DNA of 64,000 bases, taken from Macrostomum lignano. Lineage: Eukaryota. The notes below the pieces were generated by a model. That model ran no database searches, had not been told where the DNA came from, and saw nothing but the letters and a program-made list of their open reading frames with translations. Made by a program: the position numbers and the translations under genes. Positions 52,213-64,000 of the stretch are shown piece after piece (within the stretch, counting starts at the first letter, position 1; the number at the start of each line of letters is the position of its first letter). The DNA lies in the NCBI GenBank assembly GCA_002269645.1, contig NIVC01000740.1, positions 186,001 to 250,000 of the forward strand. The letters are read 5' to 3'.

Positions 52213-52689
52213 ATTGGGATCTCATCCAACGGTCCAGTGTTGCCACTACCTGCATTTTTAATGCAGCTACATTTTTTTAGCTTTGGTTCTGCATTGTGCG
52301 ATAATTTTTTCACCAGATGTAATATCTGCATTTTTTCTTATTATATACACCGTACCTATCCTTTTTCATGATTATAAATAAACAAGCCCAGTTGGTAGTC
52401 AAATTTTGACTCTGTTTTATACTTGTCTTTTTAATTTTAAGTAACATTTTTGGTATCTAGCAGTCAGCAAAATGATAATTTGTTTTATTTAATGCTATTA
52501 CTCTCACTTAAAGCAAAAATTAATTAATCCTTTCCATATATTTCAGTGTCCTTATTTTGCAAATCAAACTACTGTTGCAGCCAAGTGCCAATGATAATAC
52601 CAAATAGCAAAGTACCTAGTAAAAGCCACCAAACTCTTTTCAAGAGAGCTGGATTAAGAAATTGAATGCATAGACTTGGTTTCAAAAAG

Positions 52690-53277
52690 GCGAAACCCCA
52701 ACAATTGCTTCATGCTCAGCCTGCAACGATGCCAAAATATCTGTGGCCCAAGCAGGCATTCAAGCTCTGCATTAGCACAAGAAGGGCACTAAGCACATTG
52801 TTGCTGTTGCTGTTACCATGAAGTTGCAGCACTCTATCAAGCATTTTTGCCAGGATCCTAGTCATTTCGTCAACTGCCATTTCGTCAACTGGACACATCG
52901 TCAACCCGTTCCCCATATTGGTCGTTTCGTCAACCAACCAATAGGATACTTTCAAAGCTTGGTTATTTCGTCAACTGTTCAATGGGACGATGTCAACTTT
53001 TGGTCACTTCGTCAACTGCCAATAATACACGCCCCGCATGCAGCCCTCCTCCTTTCTCATTCTGGGCTTGGGACCAGACAATGGCGGAGTTACTGCCACA
53101 AAGATGCAGTTTGTATGGTAAAAAAAGGAAAATGCATTGCACAAAATCACAAAGATCACAAAGGCCACCACAAAGGTCACAATCAAATATAAAGCTGAAG
53201 ATATGCGCAGAGTGTACAGTACACTTATCCACTTCTACACTGTATACACTAATACCTATATACACTTTAGGTACTAG

Positions 53278-53310
<33 letters not shown>

Positions 53311-55940
53311 TGTTGCCGCTGTCTGTACGCAAACTGGGGAACGTGGCCGAGGCGCGAGCACCGGAGCAGGAATGCACGGATTGACAACTCACCAGTGCGG
53401 TACTGCGCCCAGTACCGCTCCACACTCGTTTGCAGACGCTCGTACCGTGCTCTGTGCTGGCGCTCCTGAGCACCCTGGTTCACCAGCGCGGCATGCACTG
53501 GCACAAGCTTGGCCTCCATGTGCAGCAGGTGCAGGAGTGGGTAGAGTGTCAACTGCACTCTCTCGGCCCGCTGCTCGAGTCTCCGGTGCCAGCCCTCGAC
53601 CTCGTTGTTGGTACGTATTGACTGGCAGTACACACTGACTTCGTGGACTCCGTGGACCGGGTTCGACAGCCAGGTTGCGCTCACGTACTCGGCCAGGTCC
53701 AGCAGCAGCGGCGCGTGCACACCAGCAACGATCTGCGCCAGACCCTCGCCCATGTGCTCGGCCGGCAGGTAGGGGAGCGCCATGAGCATGCGAGCGAAGT
53801 CGCGGGTGCCAGGATCTGTCAGATAGGCCTGCTGCAGGCCCAGGTGCTGCAAGCGACGAAATATCGCCTGCGCGAAGTGAAACAGGCAGCCCTGGAACCT
53901 TGCAGCCGGAAACACGGACCGTAAAGCCTGCCATGCCGCAGCTTCGAAGTCCATGACACAGACCTCCGGCGTCGAGTTGCCCAGTCCCTGTTTCAGTGCA
54001 GAGAAGACAGCAGTGTAGTCATTTACCGACTTACCTGACATTAGTGCGAAAGCCAGAGGAACCTGCTTGATTGTCGTTCCCTGTCGGATGTAGCAGTGCA
54101 CCGAGTACAGCTGTTTGAAGGGGGCATGAACGACATCGAAGGTGCCGTCCAGAAACCACAATCTGCGGGAGACAAGCAACTCGATCTGGTTGGATGTGTA
54201 AAGAAGCAGATGACGCTTACCTGAGCCTTCGACTCGGACATCGCTGCGGAGAAAATTCGGAGGCAGATGATCCAAGGCCAGTGCAAACTGGAGGTCGACT
54301 GGAGGCTGCGGGCGCCCAACCTCACGAGACCGATTGGCGATGCGCACCAGCTGATTGATTGGGCCAATGTGCCCGGTCTCCAGCAACTTCGCCTCCACGA
54401 TTGCTGCAGCCGATCTCCACCGCAGGCTCCGCCGCAGGCTCCGCCGCAGGCTCCGCCGCAGGCTCCGCCGCAGGCTCCGCCGCAGGCTCCGCCGCAGGCT
54501 CCGCCGCAGGCTCCGCCGCAGGCTCCGCCGCAGGCTCCGCCGCAGGCTCCGCCGCTGGTCTTGCCTGACAAGTGGCACACGACCATACAAACACGTCCTG
54601 CCGCATAAGCTGCCTGTACTCTGCTTGTGAGATTCTAGTCCCACAAGTTCGATGTTGCCACTTTTGGCATGAATCGCACTGTATGGCCTGTTGACGTGGC
54701 CGCACAGTCTCTGAGCACTGAATACACTTATCAGTCTCCATCCAAAGATGTAAAAATTGAGTGGCCCTCCTGAAACCCTACTCCATTATATAGTGTTTGA
54801 GGAGGTTGCAGTGTCAGGTTTAAAGTATTTTGGATTGGTTTGGCTGGTGGGGTTGTTGAGACATGATAGTTGGGGATAAGACCTGGTGCCAATTCGCACC
54901 TCACAAGAACCTGCCTATACCCCTCCCCTCCGACACCGACACACTTGGTGATTGAAACCAAGACCAAGATAGGGCGCACGAGCTAGGGCGCACATTGACA
55001 GCTTGGGGGGGGAGTGGGTGCGAAGATGGATTGAGAGAACAGGTGTCAACGCGAGGGGCGCTGGTTCAAGTAAAAGAGACAGGGCGCACATTGACAGCTT
55101 GGGGGGGGGTGGGTGCGAGGATGGATTGAGAGAACAGGTGTCAACGCAAGGGGCGCTGGTTCAAGTTACAGAGACAGGGCACGTTGTCAGTTTGGGGGGT
55201 GGGTGCGAAGATGGATTGAGAGAACAGGTGTCAGCGCAAGGGGCCCTGATTCAAGTTACAGAGATAGGGCACGTTGACAGTTTGGGGGTGGGTGCGAAGA
55301 TGGATTGAGAGATTAAGTCAGTTGGTTCATCGGTGGTTCTTTTTGTGGTGAATTCAGAAGTAGTCGAAGAAGAAGGTGGAAAGCGTGAAAGATCGATCTT
55401 GCCTTTGTAGCGGCATGCTTGCTGCATATGTATACAAATTAATAGAGAACGTTCCGGAAAATCTGGGAGTTTCTGGGATAATACCCGATAATAACAAAGG
55501 TAATAAGCGGATATGACATGCGTTAGTTGATGTACATGTTATGACATTTGCAAACTGTAGACGAAGTAACTAACATTCTCAGGTCATTTCGTCAACTGAC
55601 TAATGAACCAATCTAAAACCTTGGTCATTTCGTCAACTGCAAGTGAGACCACCTTAAAATGTTAGTCAATTCGTCAACCCAGTTGACGAACTAGCAGTTG
55701 ACGAAATGACCAGCACCCTTTTGCCAAGCCCCTGGCTGAAAAGGTTGATGCAGCTAAGCCAGCTGATCAAGTTATGGAAGCTGAGCTTTGTTGATGTCTC
55801 TATCTGTGCAAAACAAATACCACAATCAATTTGCAGGATCATTTGGCCCATCTTTTTGATCAAATGTTTCCAGACAGCCAAATTGCTAAAAGAGGACCTG
55901 CAGTTGAACAAAGCTATTGACATTGTACCTTCTTGTTCAT
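52690..55940 (+). mobile_element. Older degraded hAT-like transposase relic split by the MULE insertion
   Basis: Rejoined flanks give C..CNDAKISVAQAGIQALH*HKKGTKH (BED-like) and DHLAHLFDQMFPDSQIAK, with stops and frameshifts. Confidence 0.4.
52853..55718 (-). mobile_element. MULE element with PHD finger and transposase, frameshifted and probably internally deleted
   Basis: TIRs GGATCCTAGTCATTTCGTCAACTGC / GCAGTTGACGAAATGACCAGCACCC; TSD TTTTGCCA at 52845-52852 and 55719-55726; PHD at 54741-54565; MULE core FLDGTF, VMDFE, GCLFHFAQAI, RTNNEVEGWHRRL; 12-bp repeat at 54420-54552; ~118-bp repeat at 55000-55310. Confidence 0.9.
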
Positions 55941-56869
55941 GCCATGGATCCATTCTTCCAGAAAAGTCTGGTAGAACTGCTGAAAACGACACCAAAACAA
56001 CACTAGGCCTACTATGTCTATCATGCCTATAATGTATATGTCATTAGGCCTACTATGTATATAAATTATTTAATAAGTCAGTTCTTTAGGTCTCTGCCTC
56101 AGGGATTAAGTTAATATAAACATTTTTGGGTAGGATGTTGGCATAGACCTTAGTCCTATACCTAAAATAAGTCATCGTAGTAGTAGTAGTAGTAGTAAGT
56201 TTGGCTCAGGCAAGAAGCCTATTTGGCTAATATATTTCAATGTTATTTAATAAATTTCAATAAATCACACTGAATAGTAATTCAAGAGAGAAGGATGGAG
56301 TTTTGCAATAATATGTAATGTATCTTTATATCTATTTTAAAAGTAATCATATTTTGTACTTATTTTAAATTGTGCATTGTTTGTACTTGTATTCTATTTA
56401 TATTTTACTGTACTTTTTACTGTATGTATTTATGTTTATTTTGCTGGACAGTTTAAAATAAAGCTTGTTTTAATGACTAATAATTAACTAATGTAAATAT
56501 GAGTCATCGTTTTTTGTAAGAGTTCGCCGCTCTAATTTGGCATTGGAACTCTGGTCTCGACTGACGATTCAAATATTCAAATGGGACTTCTCGGTAAATT
56601 TATTACAAATATAGTATTTGAAAGAGCACCAAATTTTTCTACGAAACTTTAAACGATCTTTAACGACTAACAAAGCAAAAAGTAAGAAATTAAAAAACAA
56701 GTATTGTATGAAATTGATGTATAGCAATTCGATTGATCCCGTAGGTAATGAAAAATAAGTTGGCGTCACTAGGGGAGCGCATAGATGCTGGCAGGGAGAC
56801 AGGATTTCAATACTAATCTCCGGCTTAAGCCAAAAAAGTTCTGCAACGTCAAAACGAAATGCAAATAGG

Positions 56870-57480
56870 TATTGATCAGACAATAGCAAAAATCAAATGT
56901 AAGGATTGTTGGCAATTCTGTCTGTGTCTGTGTCTGTGTGTCTGTGGACAATTTTGATCGTGTCTGTGTGTCTGTCTGTCTGTGTGTCTGTGGACAATTT
57001 TGATCGCTATGGACTCCCAAACCGCTCAACCAAATGACACCAAACTTTACACCCACCCTAAACTTACTACGGAGAATGTCTTAGGCTACCTTTAAATTTC
57101 CTAGACTCAAGTCTTCCTACCTAAAAGTACAAAAAACTGCTCAAAATGCGCGATTTTTTTCACTTAATTCTCCATAGCGCCGCTCCACTTCTACCGATTC
57201 TCTTCAAATTTGATACAGGCAATTTTCAACTATTTTGACACAATCATGTAAAATTTCGAGTCTCAAAGTTAATCCTGAGCGGTGCTGTGCACTTTTAAAG
57301 TTAGGCTGTTTTTTTCAGCGTAGCAACCACCCCAACCTCCGCCCGCCTGCCTCTCTTTCCCGATCCCGATCTGGGCCCAGATGTGTAAAAGGGTTTCAAA
57401 ATTGACTAACTTTCAGCTGCCATAAGTTTGCTCCACGTAAAGCGATTGACTTCAAACTTGACACAATTCTTCATTGACTC
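56870..57480. mobile_element. Possible Helitron/Helentron-type non-autonomous element
   Basis: (GTCT/GTGT) microsatellite followed by CCCAAACCGCTCAACC..CCAAACTTTACAC and recurring CCGATT..CAAA(C/T)TTGA motifs, a layout like DINE-1/HINE elements; ends not defined. Confidence 0.35.
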
Positions 57481-58164
57481 ATTCTCTGTTTAAATGTAAA
57501 GTTTTAACTCTGTAACTCAACCGAAAAAGAAACTGTAAGCATGTGAAGTTTGTCTGCTTTTTCTGTTGTTTGTGCCACTCACTCACTCATTCCCCCAGCT
57601 CAGACGAAGGGTCAGGCGATAGGACTGAATGTACATAGCGATTGTACAGTGTTTTGGAATAACTTTATTTATAACCTTCTCTGCACCCCGAGAGTAGAGA
57701 GGCTACGTTTAGCCATAACAGTTTAGTGAGAAATTCTAACTACTGCCCTCCCCTCTGTATTGGCAAACTCTGCAGCAGTTAACACTGGATGGCAATTGGC
57801 AAATCGAGGGAATCCAGCATGGTTTGTAAAAGCGAAAGATTTATAAAAAGGCGATGCGATGCAATGCAATACAACCCTACTAAATTAGGCACACCATGGA
57901 AATTTTAAGTTTCTCTTAAAAGTACTTTGAAATTTAAATGGCCTAAGAAATGCGTATTTCCTTGGTTGTTAGACTGATGCAGACTGCAGTGGAGCTGAAG
58001 ATACACAAATTCCTTTCAGGGCTGCAAATTGGCAAGAAAGATGACGTGATCAAAGCATGAGAATAACGATGAGAGTAGTACGTCCCACAAGCTGGCTTTC
58101 GAAGCAGGGATCGGCAGACTTTTACTTCAAAAGCCAGATAAAGAATCCAGCTTATGTGCGGGCC

Positions 58165-59730
<1,566 letters not shown>

Positions 59731-61028
59731 TCGATAGAAATTTTAAAGGATCCAAGGGACATAGGGAGAGTCAGGGAGAGGCCAGAGTTTGCCAATACAT
59801 GTTTTAGAGTCAGACAGACATTGCCTGACATTCTGTGCAGTACCCCAGCCAACAATATCAATGTTTGCCTCAAATCCTAATTTTACACAAATGTGCTCCA
59901 TTTTATGTCTACCTCTATCCTTACTAACTATTAACAAGTTTTTGTTTGTGTATGACCTTAGATTTCAGAATACATGCAAAAGTAGTTCCGGGGATTGAAA
60001 TTCCCCGGGTTCAAAATCTGCGGGTTTCAACAGCTTGTCTATTAATAAAAAAGATTAATAAATTAAAAAATTAATAATTTTTATTTTTATTAAAACTTAA
60101 ACGAGAGCAAGCTTTGTGAATGATGTAATATGAGCTGCCTACTAGAGCTACGCACAAAGCGGTTTGCACTCGTACATTTAACAATCAGCCGATCTCATGA
60201 GTAAATGTATATGTCTCATGATTTCCTCATCGTATCCAACTGAAGATGATGATCCTAATGTGAAGAGCAGTCCTTGATGTGAGACTCGGTTGGCATGCTG
60301 ACTGTCTTTGTTTCAAAATGAGGCCTAAAACTCGAAGATCGTCTATCTCCTCCTGAGAAAAATGCTGGCCTTATAGCTGGGCGAGGCCGGCTGGGGCGGG
60401 TCCATGAGATTTGCCCTTGAGCGAATTGCCCGCCGATATTTGCCCGCCGAGATTTGCCCGATTTGCACGCAATTTACATGTAGTGCTATCTTAGACGGCG
60501 AAAGGGCAGGAATGAGTCAATTAGAGTTAGTCTATAGGGATCTTGAAGGCTTTAATCTTCTGGATCAGCTCTATGGCGACAAGTTGACAAATTTCAGGCC
60601 AAAAGCGAGAAAGCACATGCACATGTATTTCTGAGAGTTCAATGTACTTCGTACGAGTAATAGTGCATCCAGCGGAGAGACTCCTCAGCGCAGGAACCCC
60701 TGGAAAGTCTTCTCTGTCCCTGCATGGACACGACAACCCCCTGGCCGATTTTCGTGCACAAGCCTCAAATGAATGTGTGACCGCGGGCACGGAATTGAAC
60801 GAATTAGGGTCCGCCTCTCAATTACAGTAGCTATATGTACAGATACATGCGCCAGAAAGTTTTCATCCATGAAATGTTTGGCTATATGAAGTCCTGGCTT
60901 GCTAATCTGTCCAATTTAATAAATGATTGAGCATGCATTGATTAATCAGTCGACAAGGCGCTCTGGAGAAACGGGAAGTCTGCAAAGTCACAGCGTCACT
61001 GCGAGGGAGCTCCACTCGCAGTCATCGA

Positions 61029-61833
61029 TCAAGCGCACCGGAATACCTTCTTCCTATTGCGGATCGCCACCATGGAGCAGATGCCGCTGCAGCAGTCGGA
61101 GTCGCTCTGTGCGCACTCGGTTCCGGTGGCCTTGCAGCGGTCTCGCAGGCAGGTGGAGGCGCTGTCTTAAAATGCCAATGGTTTTGCATTAAATTTTAGA
61201 TTTTTCGATAAGTTTAAATAATATCGAATTCTTGTTCGATAACACCTAATTGTCGAAGAAGTCATGAAAAATTAGGTTGTCTGTCATTTCGGACAGAACG
61301 ACATCGCGACCAAATGTCTTTCCATCGAACACTACAATCCCCTTTGACAGCTCTAGACTGAGCTGACTGATCCTACCCACTGCAATCTGCTCACACTGAC
61401 TGATCCTACCCGCTGCAATCTGCTCACACTGACTGATTGTACCCGCTGAAATCTGCTCACACTGACTGATCCTACCCGCTGCAATCTGCTCACACTGACT
61501 GATCCTACCCGCTGCAATCTGCTCACACTGACTGATCCTACCCGCTGCAATCTGCTCACACTGACTGATCCTACCCGCTGCAATCTGCTCACACTGACTG
61601 ATCCTACCCGCTGCAATCTGCTCACACTGACTGATCCTACCCGCTGCAATCTGCTCACACTGACTGATCCTACCCGCTGCAATCTGCTCACACTGACTGA
61701 TCCTACCCGCTGCAATCTGCTCACACTGACTGATCCTACCCGCTGCAATCTGCTCACTCACAGAAGTTCTTGAATGATTATGAAACTTACTGATGATGAC
61801 TAATAGACAAAATAAGAAGAACAGCAGTCTCAT
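61029..61833 (-). CDS. Secreted knottin (ICK) peptide 3, two exons (61833-61791, 61165-61029), 59 aa
   Basis: Spliced MRLLFFLFCLLVIINSAST-CLRDRCKATGTECAQSDSDCCSGICSMVAIRNRKKVFRCA*; donor A|GTAAGT, acceptor TTTTAAG|, phase 1. Confidence 0.85.
61360..61760. repeat. 33-bp minisatellite in the intron of knottin 3
   Basis: CTGACTGATCCTACCCGCTGCAATCTGCTCACA, about 12 units. Confidence 0.96.
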
Positions 61834-64000
61834 GTTTTACCAATGAGTGCGAGCAGTGCAGGAACAAGTGATCTTTTACAAACGACAGAAGCTAATTGAT
61901 TGTAAACCACTGCAGCCACATGTGCAACCATTTCTACATGCATTAAGCTCATAATTTTTTTGCCATAGAAATGGGAAGTTCTCGCTTCTTGTTTCAGCCA
62001 GAAGCAACATGCAGCTATAATAACAGAAGATTCATCCAAGATGAATGAAATTCTTCTGCAGAACAAAATTCGCAAAAAGCATCAACTCTTTTAGTCGCAT
62101 TGCTCTTTTTGGATGCATACAGTTAGGGGGGGGGGGGCGCGTTTCACAATCGAAAAGGTTTCTAATTTTTAATTTTTAAAAATCAAAATAAGACGTTAAT
62201 TACTTAATTTCTACTGCACAGTGTAAATAGACTATACGCTTTAAATCATTGGGACTGTAGAGCCTTCACCAACTCTGGAAGTGACTGGTGTTGTTATTGC
62301 AACAGCGTTTTAGCAATTCAGCTGTGGAGGACCCCGGCATCAGGCGTTGCATGCGTCGCTACCGCAAATCGAGATTCCGTTGTACCCCAAAGCGATGCGC
62401 TCATTCGGATGTTTCGAAGACGAAACGCACATCCGAGAATGATGTTTCCGGGTCTCCGCAGCCTTTTGTAGTCCTCGTTCTCTATATCCGACCAGCCAAA
62501 ACTATTCAGCTTGGCCCAGCTGAAGCAGAACGGGCAGGTTTTCAGCTCAGTCTTGATTCTTGTGGGGTTGTCGGGGGGGGGGGGGTCAAGGCTCATGTGG
62601 TCGCACCGAGTTGGCCGCGGCGGGGCTCAGGTGGAAAACCAAAATTGCAGCAGCAGCGAAGGCAGTAGCGACACGGAACGGCTGAGCGTGGCTGCAGTCT
62701 TGGCGAACTGAAATTTGTCATTTGGACGCAACTTCTTTTATCGCTAACTTTTGTGGCTAACTTTTATGTTATGACTGACTCGTTACTGGCGTAAGAAATA
62801 ATAACTTGTCTAATTAATAGTGCATATTTCTCGCTCACATACGGAATAAGTTTTTTTCAGCTTAAACCATGACAAACTAATCAAACAGTAACCAACAGTA
62901 GCATGATGCGTAGCAGATCTGAAGTCTTGGCTTACCAGGTTCGGCGACTGTATAGGTCAGAAAAAGTATTTCTGAAAATGTCAATGAAGATTTGCAGGAT
63001 ATTAAACTTAAATTACTTCGATTTAAATACACATGTAGATGGCGCGTGGAGTTCTGCGAATTTGTAAATTTCCCCTAATTGCGAATTGATTTTTCGAAGG
63101 CATTTTAATTTAAAGAAGATTCAAGCAAATGATTTTTTAAATAATAAATCGCAAAACTCAGACGCAATGGATTGCGCAGTACTGAAATATAATGGCCAAA
63201 CACGAGTGCGCGCACGAGTGTCTGTGGCCATTATTTCAGCCCCTTACCTACTACGCAACGGCATTGTCTATAAGACACATAGAGGCCATTGTAATTATAC
63301 TTTTTACCCAGACGCAATAACAAAATATTTGGGCCATTATTCCACAGTTTTGATGTGTACCATAGACATTTGGATTGAAAAAATCATCGCACAGCATTTT
63401 TGTTGATAAATACATAACAGCAAGGAGTAAATGAACAAAAAGGAAAAAAATCATTAAAACTAAAGTACCAGCTACAGGAAAAGAGTTCATTATAAATGTC
63501 ACAGCTAGTGCAGGTCATCAGTTTGTAGTCGAAATTTGACAATGTGAAAATCTGTCACTCAAAGTGAAACATGCAGTACTCAAAGCCGCAGTTCCTAAAG
63601 ATGCTCGACACTTTAGCCTGATGATTTGGCACTGCAAAAGGAGTTGGTCTATTTTGAATGTTTTCTATAAAAGAGAAATACAGGTGCTCAACTATAGATG
63701 CCGAACTTACCATTTGAAAGATGCACGTCTTGGTTGGCTTGCGACTGATAAGCTTCGTCTGATGGCCTTCTTTGGTAACGCAGTATCCAAGTTGGGATTC
63801 TTTGGGACTGTCGGCTGCTCGACTAAATCTATCGGCTGCTTTGAGTCATCGCTTATAGCCATCGAGGCGTTGAAGACTGCATGGTCGCGTTTTCTTCCTA
63901 GGTAGCGCTGCACGGTTCGTTCAGTCGTCGACAGGAAGATTTTTTCCAATTAATTAGCGCGGCTGTTTGACGAGATGCACCAGTTAAAGTTGTTTGACAA

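Noticed and set aside
62288-63949. Short ORFs at the right end, including a possible exon ending TG|GTAAGT near 63710
   Set aside because: No homology recognised and no consistent gene model within the window.

Overview
Metazoan genomic DNA, not prokaryotic: GT-AG introns, GC3-rich exons, introns filled with intron-specific minisatellites. This style suggests a flatworm such as Macrostomum, which is an inference only. Host genes: a complete 14-exon clathrin heavy chain gene (+, 12275-28026, 1674 aa), a 4-exon UBXN1-like gene (-), a 7-finger C2H2 gene (-), an IFIT-like TPR ORF (-, ~482 aa) and a 5'-truncated, frameshifted glutaminyl-tRNA synthetase copy (-). Mobile DNA: a degenerate Gypsy LTR element, an intact hAT element with TIRs and 8-bp TSD, three MULE-type elements with 8-bp TSDs (two with a PHD finger), a mariner relic, an RTE-type LINE 3' end with TSD, and two tRNA-headed SINEs. 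The main hidden signal is missed by the ORF track: four tiny two-exon genes (signal-peptide exon, phase-1 intron, mature exon). Three encode knottin (ICK, conotoxin-like) peptides with an extra N-terminal Cys. All splice models were read by eye and need transcript confirmation.
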